A stretch of DNA of 64,000 nucleotides from Candidatus Eiseniibacteriota bacterium. Its GTDB lineage: Bacteria > Eisenbacteria > RBG-16-71-46 > CAIMUX01 > VGJL01. The stretch spans positions 352,001-416,000 of the forward strand of contig CAWBWI010000006.1 of NCBI GenBank assembly GCA_963792585.1, read 5' to 3'. Below are positions 13,261 to 24,126 of the stretch, piece after piece. The notes beneath the pieces are model-generated. The model saw only the letters and a program-made list of their open reading frames with translations, had not been told where the DNA came from and made no database searches. Both the position numbers and the translations under genes were made by a program. The number at the start of each line of letters is the position of its first letter. The stretch's first letter is position 1.

Positions 13261-14450
13261 CGTCCCTTCTCCCGGATCAGCGAAGCGCGGCGGACGCTTC
13301 CTCTACCGTGACGTCGTCGAAGGTCGTCGATCGCGGTCTCAAACTCGTCGACTCGATCGTCATCGAACAGATCGCGCGTGGCAACACCCGTTGCGGGCCC
13401 GAGGCCCGATACCGAAACGCCGAGGAGTCGGACCGGCCGATCGAGATCGCACTGCCGGAACATCGCGAGAGCGGCACGAATGAGCCGGCGGGTGGAGGCG
13501 GACCGCTCTCCCAAACGGATCTGCCGTCCTAGGGATGTGAAATCGCTCCACCGGATCTTCAGGTGGACGGTGTCCCCAACCCAACCTTCCGCGCGCATGT
13601 CCCAGCCCACCTCGTCGCAGAGCCCGAGCAGGAGGCGCCGCAACTCCGATCGGTCGCATTCGTCCCGCGGCAGAGTGTATTCGTGCCCGAGCGATTTGGC
13701 CCGCGGCGTCGCGTGATATGGAATGACGGGGCTGCCGTCTTCTCCCCGCGCCGCAGCGCCCAGAACCGGTCCCCATATCCCGAACAATCTAAGGAGAACG
13801 CGATCCGGGGCGACCGCAAGATCGACCACGCGCCGGATCCCGAGCGCGTCGAGCTTTGGGATGCTCGCCTTCCCGACCCCGTAGAGCGCCCCGACCGGTT
13901 CGTTCGAGAAGCGCGCGCGAAACCGAACGACGTCCAGCGAGGTCCGTCCTCCCGGTTTGCGCAGCCCGGACGCCATCTTCGCGATCAATTTGTTGGGGCC
14001 GATTCCGACGCTACAGGTCAGTTGAAGCTGATCGAGGATCTGTTCCTGGATCGATGCGGCCAACGCCTCGCCGGTCGAAATGTCCCCGGCGATCCCGCGC
14101 GCATCGAGGAACGCCTCGTCGATACTCGCCGGCTCGACGAGCGGGGTCCTCCCGAGCAGATGTTTCATGATCCTTGCGGAGAGATCGAGATACCGGACGG
14201 AGTGACATGGCAAGAACACCGCCGTCGGGCACCGGCGCGCCGCCTCGGTGAGCGGCATCCCGGATCGAATGCCGAATGCGCGCGCTTCATATGAAGCGGT
14301 CGCGACGACCCCGCGCTGCCCCGGGATCCCTCCCACGATCAGGGGCTTCCCGCGAAGGCGGGGATCGGCGAGCGTCTCCGCCTGTGCGAAGAACGCATCC
14401 ATGTCGATATGGAGGATGACGCGATCCTCCCCCGTCTGCGCGGAATCCAT
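13257..14450 (-). CDS. dinB: DNA polymerase IV (Y family)
   Basis: HIDMDAFFA, ATASYEAR, SIDEAFLD, AKMAS..KP. Confidence 0.92.
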   Translation of the reverse strand: MDSAQTGEDRVILHIDMDAFFAQAETLADPRLRGKPLIVGGIPGQRGVVATASYEARAFGIRSGMPLTEAARRCPTAVFLPCHSVRYLDLSARIMKHLLGRTPLVEPASIDEAFLDARGIAGDISTGEALAASIQEQILDQLQLTCSVGIGPNKLIAKMASGLRKPGGRTSLDVVRFRARFSNEPVGALYGVGKASIPKLDALGIRRVVDLAVAPDRVLLRLFGIWGPVLGAAARGEDGSPVIPYHATPRAKSLGHEYTLPRDECDRSELRRLLLGLCDEVGWDMRAEGWVGDTVHLKIRWSDFTSLGRQIRLGERSASTRRLIRAALAMFRQCDLDRPVRLLGVSVSGLGPATGVATRDLFDDDRVDEFETAIDDLRRRHGRGSVRRASLIREKGR

Positions 14451-14519
14451 CGGCGGAAACCTCCGCCTTCAGGATACCATACGATTGTTCGTAATTCCAG
14501 GAAGGACGGAGGGGCGTTT

Positions 14520-15855
14520 CTACTGCGCGCCGCGCAGGCTCGGCAGCCACAGGCTCATGTCCGGCCAGTAGGTGATGACCAGGAGCGCGACGAGCAGGAT
14601 CAGCAGGAACGGCAGCGCGGCACGGTAGACCTCCGTCACCGGCCGCCGAACCGGAACGACGAGATGAAGAGGTTCAACCCGAACGGCGGCGTCAGGAACC
14701 CGATCTCGAGGTTCGTCGATGAAGATGATGCCCGAGGTGCACCAGGTTCACGTTGTATTCGAGCGCAATCGGGATGATCAGGGGCACGACGATCATCGCC
14801 GAGAAGATCTCCATCAGCGAACCGACGATCAAGAGGAGGACGTTCAGCGTGAGGAGGAAGGTGAAACGGTTCGTGATGAAGCCGCGGACCCAGTCGAGGA
14901 TCCGCATCGGCACCTCGGCATCGATCAGGAAGTTCGTGAGCCCGAGCGCGCGAGCCGAGGATGAGGAGGATCGCCCCGACGAGGGTCATGCTCTCCGTCG
15001 GCGATCGCGGGGATCTTCCTCCAGGGAATGTCGCGGTAGATCACGACCTCGACGAAGAGCGCGTAGAGGGCGGTCACCGTCGCCGCCTCGGTGACGGTGA
15101 GCTTGCCGCCGTAGATCCCGCCGAGGATCAGGATCGGGCAGCGGCACCTCCCATGCGGCCGCGCGAAGCGCCGGACCCGAGGTCCCGCAGCCCCGCGCGG
15201 AACGACAGTCTCGCCGGGCGCCCGATCCGTCGCCGTCTCCTCTCGCGAAGGCGTAGAGAACGACAGGATCGACGATCAGGAAGATCCCGGGAAGGAGTCC
15301 CGCAAGGAAGAGGCGGTCGATCTCCGGCGTCGTTCCCGCGGGCAGCGACGAGACCGCTCGCGCTCTGCGAGGCGACGTAGCTGTAGATGATGAGCGCCAG
15401 GCTCGGCGGGAAGAGGAAGCCGAGGCTTCCGGAGGTCGTCATCAGGCCCAGCGAATAGCGTTTGGCTGAATCCTTCCTTCGCCAGGGCCGGCATCAAGAG
15501 CCCGCCCATCGCGACGATCGTGACGCCGCTGCCGCCGGTAAAGGCGGTGAAGATCGCGCAGGCGACCATCGCGACGAGCGCGAGGCTCCCGGGAATCCAT
15601 CCGAAGAGCGAGCGGGTCAGCCGCACGAGCCGCTCGGGCATCTTGCTCTCGGCGAAGATGTAGCCCGCGAAGGTGAACATCGGGATCGACGAGCAGGATC
15701 GGCGAGGTCGCGAGCCGGCTCATCTCGGTCAGGACGGCGCTCGAGGAGATCCCCTGCAGCGCGAAGGCGATCAGCGCGCCGCCGCCCAGGATCACGAAGA
15801 GGGGCGTGCCCAGAAGCGCGAGCAGGACCAGCGCCGGAATGATGAGCCAGGTCAC
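14520..15855 (-). CDS. dctM: TRAP transporter large permease DctM (multiple frameshifts)
   Basis: Fragments FTAFTGGSGVTIVAMGG, SGSLGFLFPPSL, NLEIGFLTPPFGLNLF across frames. Confidence 0.85.
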
Positions 15856-16538
15856 TCGCCGCCCTCCGACCGCCGGCGGCCGTTCCGCCGGCAGACGCGG
15901 CTCCGCATCGGCGATTCTCAGACGCTCGGCCTTCTCGTCGGCCCTTGACCGGCGCGGGCCAGATCGCCTGCGACGAGGAAACGATAGGCGAGGAGGCCGA
16001 AACCCCAGAGGAGGATCGACTGCGCGGCCCAGGAGGGCACCCCGAGGAAGGGGCTCGCGCCGTGGTGGTACTCGTCCCGCGAGGTAGATCGTACGAGCCG
16101 TTGGCGAGAAGGGCGCAGCAGACGGCCGACGAAGACCGACAGGATCCGGCTCACGGGCTGCGCGATCCGCTTCGGGCATGCGCCCGATGCAGGACGTCGA
16201 TGTGAAGATGCCGCGCGTGCGAGGTCGCCGTCATCGCTCCGAGGAACGCGACCCAGAGCACGAGCGTGCGGACGAGCGGATCGAACCAGAGGACGCCGGA
16301 CCGGAAGAAGTTACGCAGGACGACCTGTAGGCCCGAGATCCCGAGCATCACGGCGAGGAAGACGCAGAAGAGCGCCCCCTCGATCTGCCGCGTCACGCGA
16401 TCGAACCGCTCCACGCCGAGGACGCGCGAGAAGACCGCGTGGAGGATGAGCCCGATCCCGATCACCCCGCCGAGCGACGAACAGGAAGACCGCGCCGGGC
16501 GTCAGGAAGGCGAGCGGGAGCGGCTCGTCCGGGATCAT
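15852..16538 (-). CDS. dctQ: TRAP transporter small permease DctQ (multiple frameshifts)
   Basis: QVVLRN, LVLWVAFLGA..A....HLHID; lies between dctP and dctM. Confidence 0.8.
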
Positions 16539-17561
16539 CGCGGAGGCTGCGCCTTCGAGGCCCGGAACTCGTCCAGCGCCTGAAGGGCGGCGTCGAGCAC
16601 TTCCCGGCTATAGAGCTCGCCGACGAGCTTCTCGCGGACCGTCTTGCTCACGCCGTCGAAACCCGCCTTCTCCGCCTCCGACAGGGTCACGATCTTCCAC
16701 CCCTTCGACTTCAGGACGGGGATGCTCGTCTCGTTCTCCCTCGCCGTCTCCACGGCGAGCTGCGCGAAGCACTCCTTCGAGATCTCCTTCACGATCTGCC
16801 TGGCGACGCCGGGCTCAGCGATTCGAACGATCTTGCTCGAAACGATGACCGCGCCCTGCGCGTGCGTCACGGGAAGGTCGGTCATGTAGGAGATCCGCGT
16901 GAACCACTGAAGCGCGATGCACCCGAGCGCGGAGGTGTAGACGGCGTCGATCAGTCCGGTCTGCAGCGAGGTGACGACGTCGGTGATCGGCAGCGGCACC
17001 GGCGAGACGCCGACGGTCCTGCAGGAACGTCTCGGCGAGCGGATCGCCTTCCCACAGCCACATCCGGACCTTCTTCAGGTCCTCGGCCGTGTGGATCGGC
17101 GTCTTCGTGAAGAGATAGACGAACCCGACGTCGGACCAGCCGAGCAGCTCCCACCCCGCTCGCGGAGCTTCTGGTCGAAGATCGGCTCCATCTTCGCCTG
17201 CACGGCCCGGACCTCGTCGAGCGTCCGGAAGAGAAACGGGATCTCCATCACGCGCGAGCTCCGGAGCGATCTCACCGAGCCCGACGCCCGTGAATCCCCC
17301 GCCATGGAGCTGCCCCGCGCGGATCTTCCGCAGGACGACCGACTCGTCCCCCTGCACGCCGCCCGGGTAGAACCGAAGACCCGCCTCGCCCGCGGTCTTC
17401 TCGCGGATCTGCGGCGTCGAGCTGCTCCATGATCCGCATCCAGGTCGAACCCTCCGGGGCGATCGTCGCGATCTTGATCTCCACCTTCGCGCGCGGCTTG
17501 CGTCGGCGGCGTGCGCGCCCGCGGCGAGCATCAGTACGACGCGGCGGACGAGCGCGGCCAC
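16535..17561 (-). CDS. dctP: TRAP substrate-binding protein DctP/TatP (multiple frameshifts)
   Basis: IKIATIAPEGSTW, FYPGGVQGDE..VLRKIRAGQL, SLQTGLIDAV; start approximate. Confidence 0.85.
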
Positions 17562-17588
17562 GACGCCGTGCGGGAACGACTCGTACCG

Positions 17589-18462
17589 CTAGAAGAGATC
17601 ATCCTTATGCTCCATCAGCCGGGCGGCTCTTCGCCGGGCGACCTCGTTCAGGAGCCGGTAGTCCGGCTCGATGTCGGCGGGCGCCTTCAGCACCTCGTCG
17701 AGGGCCGCACGAATCCTGCCTCGTCGAGGATCGCGCGGCAGTAGTACTGCGCGTACAACGTCTGGAAGATCAGGAGCTTCCCGTTCGAGGTCTCGAATGC
17801 CGCCTCGAAGTGCGCGCGGGACGATCTCGGGATCTCCTCCCTCATTACCGGCTTCGAGGCCACCAGGGTCCCCGAACAGCGACATGGGGCAGCCCGAGGA
17901 AGTAGCCGCAGTCGAGCTCGAGAACGCGGTGCGAGGGTCGCCTCGGCGTACGGGAGGTGCGCGACCGCGGCCGGATCGTTCATGTTCAGGTTGATCCAGC
18001 TCACCCAGTTCGCAGCGGTCCAGAAGAGGAGGGGCACGTCCCCGCGCCCGGCCTTGCCGGAGCCCCTTGCTGGAACGCCTCGAAGTCCTTCTCGGGATGA
18101 AACCAACCCGTCGGGCCAGGACCGTCGGCCCAGGTCGAACCCCTGCAGGTAGGGCAGTCGCGGCCTCCGGATCCTCGTCCTCGATGAACGCCATCGCGTA
18201 GGAGAAGTAGAGCTGGGCGCCGAGGGTCCAGAGCCTGCGATTCCCAGGATCGCTCTCGCAGAGTCCCCGGACCAGGATCAGGTTCGCGGGGACCGCTTCT
18301 CGATGGTCGCCAGGTCCTCGTCACGATAGACCGACACGACCGACTGCTCGATGATCGGGACCATGCGTGCCGACGGCCTGGCGGCGCACGCATCCCGCAT
18401 CCGGTCGCGAGCAGGGAGACGATCACCGCCCCCATCCAGAGTCCAAGTTGCTTTCCCCGCAT
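17589..18462 (-). CDS. TRAP transporter TatT component lipoprotein (multiple frameshifts)
   Basis: Lipobox LATGC, helical fragments YAMAFIEDED and LLFWTAANW; directly upstream of dctP. Confidence 0.75.
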
Positions 18463-18781
18463 AGATCGGCATTCTACGAGACAGGACCGGTTGGATCCAC
18501 AACGAGGGCCCGGGAGCGAGAGTCGGGCCGGGGACGGCGGGAATCCGATTCGCCTCCGGGCGCGGTGCGGCCCCGGACGGGCCGGGCCTCTCCCGGTTCC
18601 GGGAGACTGCATCCCGGGTGGAATCTTGGGAACTTTTCGGGCGCAGGGCTGTTAGCCGCTCCGTTCGCGCCCACCCTCCCCGGGGGGCGACTTGACGTAA
18701 CGTCAAGAGACTCCATAGATTTCAGAGACCGTTGGGTTTGACCGTCGCGGGCTCTGGTTTCACGACCCTTGGAGGGACGTG

Positions 18782-19731
18782 ATGATCGAGGTTCGGAATC
18801 TGCGCAAGACATTCGGACCGACCGTCGCCGTTGACGACGTCTCCTTCGACGGTCACAAAGGGGAGGTCCTCGGCTTCCTGGGTCCGAACGGGGCGGGCAA
18901 GACGACGACGATGCGGTGCTGACCTGTTACATCCCGCCCGATTCGGGAAGCGCCATGGTGGCCGGCTACGACATCGCGACCCATTCGATCGAGGTGCGAC
19001 GGCAGGATCGGCTATCTGCCGGAGAGCGCGCCCCTCTACGTCGACATGGACGTGACGGAGTACCTGACGTTCGTGGCGGAGATGCGCGGCCTTCCCGCCA
19101 GGCGATACGAACGCGGCAGATCGGCGAGATGATCGACCTCTGCAACCTCGGCGAGGTCCGCTCGGCGGCCGATCGGCGAGCTGTCGAAGGGTTCCGGCAG
19201 AGGGTCAGGCCTCGCCCAGACGCTGATTCACGACCCGGAGGTCCTGATCCTCGATGAGCCGACGACGGGACTCGATCCGAACCAGATCGTGCAGATCCGC
19301 GAGTTGATCAAGCACATCGGTCGCGAGAAGACCGTGATCCTTTCCACGCACATTCTCCAGGAGGTCGAGGCGACCTGCTCGCGCGTGCAGATCATCAACG
19401 ACGGCAGGATCGTCGCGCAGGGCACGACCGCGGAACTGACGCGGCTCGCCACCGGCGAGACGCGCGTCGTCGTCCGCATGAAGGCACCCGCCCGGCTCGT
19501 GGAGCCGAAGCTGCGGGCGCTGCCGAACGTGACCGGGATCCACGATCTCGGGACTGCGGGACCCGGCGATCGCGCGTTACGAGGTGATCGCGAGCGGCGT
19601 CGAGGGGGACGCGATCGAGGAATCGCTCTTCCGCATGGCGGTCGAGAACCAGCTGGGTCCTGACCGAGATGACCCGGGAAACCCAGAGTCTCGAGCAAGT
19701 CTTCCAGAAGCTGACGCGGGGGGAGGTCTGA
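18782..19731 (+). CDS. ABC transporter ATP-binding protein, GldA-like (multiple frameshifts)
   Basis: [33 protein letters not shown]. Confidence 0.85.
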
Positions 19732-19734
19732 GAG

Positions 19735-20454
19735 ATGGACACGCTCGTACCGATCTTCAAGAAGGAGTTCCGGGGCTACTTCCAGTCCCCGATCGCGTAC
19801 ATCTTCATCACTGTCTTCCTGGTCATGCTGCACGGCTTGCTCTTCTGGGCGACCGGCTTCCTGGTCGTCGCGCAGGCGGATCTGCGGGATTTCTTCGGCC
19901 TGATGTCGATCATGCTGATCTTCTTCGTCCCGGCGATCGCGATGCGCCTCTGGTCGGAGGAGATGAAGCTCGGCACGATGGAGCTGCTCATGACTTTTCC
20001 GGTGCGGGACTGGGAAGCGGTCGCGGGTAAGTTTCTCGCAGCGCTTGCGATCGTCGGCCTGGCGGTGATCCTCACGATTCCCCTGCCGATCGGGGTCGCG
20101 ATCTTCGGGAAACCCGACGCCGGCCCGATCATCGGCGGTTACCTGGGCACGCTCCTGCTCTGCGCCTCCTACCTCGCGATCGGCTCGTGGATGTCGAGCA
20201 CGACATCAAACCAGATCATCGCCTTCATCCTGACGATGCTGATCCTCTTGGTGGGCAGTCTCGGGATCGACTGGATCCGCCAGTTCTCCCCATCCTGGAT
20301 GGCTCCGTGGCTCTCGTACCTCTCGCTGCGCGAGCACTACGACAACATCTCGAGAGGAGTCGTCGACGCGCGCGACATCTTCTACTACCTGTCGGTGATC
20401 GGCTTCTTCCTCTATTTGAACGTCCGCGCCGTCGAGAGCCGGAAGTGGAGCTAG
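19735..20454 (+). CDS. ABC-2 permease, GldF-like
   Basis: KKEFRGYFQSPIAY, MRLWSEE.K.GTMELL, multiple TMs. Confidence 0.88.
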   Translation: MDTLVPIFKKEFRGYFQSPIAYIFITVFLVMLHGLLFWATGFLVVAQADLRDFFGLMSIMLIFFVPAIAMRLWSEEMKLGTMELLMTFPVRDWEAVAGKFLAALAIVGLAVILTIPLPIGVAIFGKPDAGPIIGGYLGTLLLCASYLAIGSWMSSTTSNQIIAFILTMLILLVGSLGIDWIRQFSPSWMAPWLSYLSLREHYDNISRGVVDARDIFYYLSVIGFFLYLNVRAVESRKWS

Positions 20455-20462
20455 GAGGGAAC

Positions 20463-22163
20463 ATGACGCCGAACAAGAAGAGTCTCGCCGCAAAGGGCGC
20501 CTACTCCGCCACGATCGTCCTCCTGGTCGCCTTGATCCTCGTGGCCGCGAACTTCGTCGTCTCGCGGGTTCTCGCACGGGTCGACCTGACGAAGGACAAG
20601 GAGTTCACGATCTCCAAGGCGACGCGCGACGTGCTGCGCGATCTCGACGACGTCGTCGCGATCAACGTCTACTTCTCGAAGAAGCTGCCCCCGAACCTGG
20701 CGACGCTCAAGCGCAACATCGACGACGTCCTCCGCGGCTACCAGGCCTATTCCCACGGAAAGGTCCGCGTGACCTATATCGATCCCTCCGGCGGGCCGGA
20801 GGATGACCAGAGGATGCGTTTCCTCGGCATCCCGCAGGTGCAGCTCAACGTCCTCGAGAAGGACCAGCTGCAGGTGATCAACGGATACATGGGGATCGCG
20901 ATCCTGTACGCGGACCGCCATCAAGCGATTCCGATCGTCCAGGACGTCGGGACGCTGGAATACGACCTGACGGCGGGCATCCTCCAGGTCCTCTCGAAGC
21001 AAAAGCGGGTCATCGGATACCTGACCGGCAACGACGCACCCGAACTCGACAAGGACTTCGAATCACTGAATCGGATGCTCAACCAGACATACGAGGTGCG
21101 GCCGATCGAGCTCAGCCAAGGACGGCAGCCGGTGCCGCAGGACGTCAACACGCTGATCGTCGCGCGACCGACGCAGGTGCCCGAACGCGTTCAGTGGCAG
21201 ATCGACCAGTACCTGATGCGGGGCGGCCGGGTGATCTTCCTGGCCGACCCGATGCGGCTGGACGATCGGATGGGGCTGACCAATCCGATCCCCATCAATT
21301 CGGGCCTGGAAGAGATGCTCGCCTCGTACGGAGTGAGGCTCGAGCGCGCCCTCGTCCAGGACCGCCAGTGCGAGAACGCGGGCTTCAGCCAGGGGTACAT
21401 CCGATATACGGTCCCCTATCCGCTCTGGCCGAAGATCGCGGGCAAAGGGCTCTCTGCCGAGAGCCCGATCACCAGCAGGTTGGATGCCCTCGTGCTGCCA
21501 TGGTGCGCGCCCATGCAGGTGCTCGTCGCCGAGTCGCCGGGCCGCAAGGGGGCCCCCGCGCCGGCCACCCCGGAGAACTCTCCACAGGCGAACGTCACCG
21601 CCACCGTGCTCGCCCGCACCACGTCGACCGCGTGGCTGCAGAAGGGCCGATTCGACCTGACACCGCCGGGGCCGATGCAGCAGGTCCGCCCGCCCGAGAA
21701 GGGGGAGGTCTACCCGGTGGCGGTCGCGCTCGTCGGACGCTTCCACTCCTACTTCGCGGACAAGCCGGTCCCGATGGCGCCGGGCGATTCGATGGCGGTC
21801 GGCGGCGGGACGACGAGCGTCACGGAGAGCCCGGATACTCAGGTGCTCGTCGTGGGCAACTCGCAGCTGGCGAACGCCACGTTCCTGTCGATGTTCCCCG
21901 GCAACCAGGAGTTCATCCTGAACGCGATCGACTGGATGACTCTCGGCGACAAGCTGATCGCGATCCGGTCGCGCGGCGCGACCGACCGTCCGCTCGCGCT
22001 CGGCTCGGGGGTGGGAAAGCTCATCTTCAAGTATGCGAACACATTCGGCATGGCGATCCTCGTTGCCATCTTCGGGCTGGTCCGCTTCAGCGTGCGCAGG
22101 CGGGCGCGCCGGGCTGCGGCCGCGCCGTCGACGGCGCCGACAGCGGCGCCGAACGTCGGTTAG
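20463..22163 (+). CDS. GldG-family ABC transporter auxiliary component
   Basis: RVDLTKDKEFTIS, EYDLT, DQYLMRGG, N.EFILNAIDW and a C-terminal TM. Confidence 0.88.
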   Translation: MTPNKKSLAAKGAYSATIVLLVALILVAANFVVSRVLARVDLTKDKEFTISKATRDVLRDLDDVVAINVYFSKKLPPNLATLKRNIDDVLRGYQAYSHGKVRVTYIDPSGGPEDDQRMRFLGIPQVQLNVLEKDQLQVINGYMGIAILYADRHQAIPIVQDVGTLEYDLTAGILQVLSKQKRVIGYLTGNDAPELDKDFESLNRMLNQTYEVRPIELSQGRQPVPQDVNTLIVARPTQVPERVQWQIDQYLMRGGRVIFLADPMRLDDRMGLTNPIPINSGLEEMLASYGVRLERALVQDRQCENAGFSQGYIRYTVPYPLWPKIAGKGLSAESPITSRLDALVLPWCAPMQVLVAESPGRKGAPAPATPENSPQANVTATVLARTTSTAWLQKGRFDLTPPGPMQQVRPPEKGEVYPVAVALVGRFHSYFADKPVPMAPGDSMAVGGGTTSVTESPDTQVLVVGNSQLANATFLSMFPGNQEFILNAIDWMTLGDKLIAIRSRGATDRPLALGSGVGKLIFKYANTFGMAILVAIFGLVRFSVRRRARRAAAAPSTAPTAAPNVG

Positions 22164-22176
22164 GGAGGAACGAACG

Positions 22177-23112
22177 ATGCGCGGACGCACGATCCTGATC
22201 CTGCTCGCCGTCCTGGTGGTCCTGGCGGGCATGGCGACGCTGATCGAGAAGGGACGCAGCGGGAAGACGCGCTTGAAGGGCGCCCAGCTGATCCCCGGGC
22301 TCAAGACAGAGCTCGTCGATGGAATCCGTTTCAGGGCCGAAGGCGCGGAGGTCGCCCTCGAAAAGAAGGGCAATGCCTGGGTGGTCGCGAGCGAGGGCGG
22401 ATTCGCGGCAGAGAAGAAGCCGGTCGAAGACATCCTCGCCGCTTTGCGGAAGTGCACGGCCGACGAGGTCGTCTCGACGAATCGCGCCAACCAGGGCCTC
22501 TTCATGGTCGACACGACCGGCACCGAGGTCTGGGTCGCCCAGCAGGGGAAGGAGATCGCCCACCTGTTCGTCGGCAAGCCGGGGCCGGACATGTTGAGCA
22601 CCTATGTCCGCCCGGCATCGTCGGATCGCGTCATCCTGACTCCGGGTTACCTTCCCAGCCTCTTCCAGAAGCGGGACACGTGGCGTTTGAAGACCCTGGT
22701 TTCGGCGAAGCCCGAGGAGGTTCGCGGCTTCGAGTATGTCTCCCCGACGCGCGGGGAACTCGTGCTCGCGAAGAGCGAGGGCGGCGAGTGGAGGATGGAG
22801 AAGCCCGACACGGGCCGCGTCGACATGAGCCGTTTCAATTTCGCCTTGAGGACGCTCTCTCCCCTGAAGGCCGACGGATTCGCCGATGCGATCGATCCGA
22901 TGTCGGCAGGATTCGGCGCGGACACCACCCACATCCGCATCTCGACCGTCGACGGCTCGACCTACACGCTGCAGGTCGGGGCTCCCGCGCCGGACGGAAA
23001 GACCTATGTGCGGCTCGAGGGGGATACGCAGATCTACACCATGCCCCGCGGCCGGCTCAATACGATGATGATTCCGCCGCCGATCCTGAAGTCCCCGCCG
23101 GCGGGAAGCTAG
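22177..23112 (+). CDS. DUF4340 domain protein
   Basis: N-terminal anchor and a duplicated domain (VGK...YVR / VGA...YVR); usual position after gldG. Confidence 0.75.
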   Translation: MRGRTILILLAVLVVLAGMATLIEKGRSGKTRLKGAQLIPGLKTELVDGIRFRAEGAEVALEKKGNAWVVASEGGFAAEKKPVEDILAALRKCTADEVVSTNRANQGLFMVDTTGTEVWVAQQGKEIAHLFVGKPGPDMLSTYVRPASSDRVILTPGYLPSLFQKRDTWRLKTLVSAKPEEVRGFEYVSPTRGELVLAKSEGGEWRMEKPDTGRVDMSRFNFALRTLSPLKADGFADAIDPMSAGFGADTTHIRISTVDGSTYTLQVGAPAPDGKTYVRLEGDTQIYTMPRGRLNTMMIPPPILKSPPAGS

Positions 23113-23122
23113 CGGCCGCCGT

Positions 23123-24073
23123 TTAGACCAGCGGGAGCGTGCCGGGCGGGAACAGCTCGTCCCGGTAGGCGAAAAGACTGAAGATCCCGCCGGTGTGGAT
23201 AAAGCAGACCTCGTCCTCCGGCGGGAGGGCCCCGTCGGCGAGCAGATCCGCCATCGCGTGGAACGCCTTGCCTGTATAGACGGGATCGAGGAGGAGCCCC
23301 TCCGCCGCGGCCATGCGTCGGACCAGTTCGAGAAGACGCGGGTAGGTCAGTGCATATCCAGGTCCGCGATATCCCTCCACGACCCGAATATCTTGCGGTT
23401 CCACTTCGACGGAGACTCCGAAGCGTTCGCGGAAATCGGCGACGATCTCCAACACGCGGCCGCGGAAATAGGCCTCGTTGTCGCAGACCGCCACACCCCA
23501 CGGCTTGAGCGGAAGACCTAGCATGCGGGCGCCGAGGTGCAGGCCCGCCAACGTTCCGGCCGACCCGGTGGCGCAGAAGAGGTGCCGAATCCGCTCGCCG
23601 AATCCTTGCTCGGCGAGCTCCTGCAGCATCGAAACGTAGCCCCAGGCGCCGAGCGCATTCGATCCCCCTTCGGGGATCACGTATGGCCGTCGGCCCTCGC
23701 CTTCGAGACGCCGCGCCTCGGCCGCCATGATCTCGGCCCGACGCGCGTATTCTTCCGGCGTGATGAAGACGAGACGGGCATCCACGAGCAGGTCGAGCAG
23801 AAGATTGCCGTCCGCACTCGAGGGAGCGCTCCCGCGCAGGAAGAGAACCGAGTCCAGCCCGAGCCGCCTCGCCGCCACCGCCGTCGCCCGGCAATGATTC
23901 GACTGGATCCCCCCGCAGGTGATCACGACGTCGCAGCGCCTCTCGACGGCCTCCGCGAGCAGGAACTCGAGCTTGCGGACCTTGTTGCCCGATAGGTCGG
24001 AGCCGGTTTCATCATCCCGCTTGATCCATACCGGCGCTCCGCCCTGGCGGAGGGATGTGTGCAGGGGCGTCAT
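23123..24073 (-). CDS. D-cysteine desulfhydrase / ACC deaminase family PLP enzyme
   Basis: KRDD...SGNKVRKLEF, QSNH, LDPVYTGKA, HTGG; homology extends upstream to about 24125. Confidence 0.9.
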   Translation of the reverse strand: MTPLHTSLRQGGAPVWIKRDDETGSDLSGNKVRKLEFLLAEAVERRCDVVITCGGIQSNHCRATAVAARRLGLDSVLFLRGSAPSSADGNLLLDLLVDARLVFITPEEYARRAEIMAAEARRLEGEGRRPYVIPEGGSNALGAWGYVSMLQELAEQGFGERIRHLFCATGSAGTLAGLHLGARMLGLPLKPWGVAVCDNEAYFRGRVLEIVADFRERFGVSVEVEPQDIRVVEGYRGPGYALTYPRLLELVRRMAAAEGLLLDPVYTGKAFHAMADLLADGALPPEDEVCFIHTGGIFSLFAYRDELFPPGTLPLV

Positions 24074-24126
24074 CCGGGTAGGGAAGATCCCCAGGGAGAC
24101 TCGCGGCGGGTAGGGTAGACGCCACG

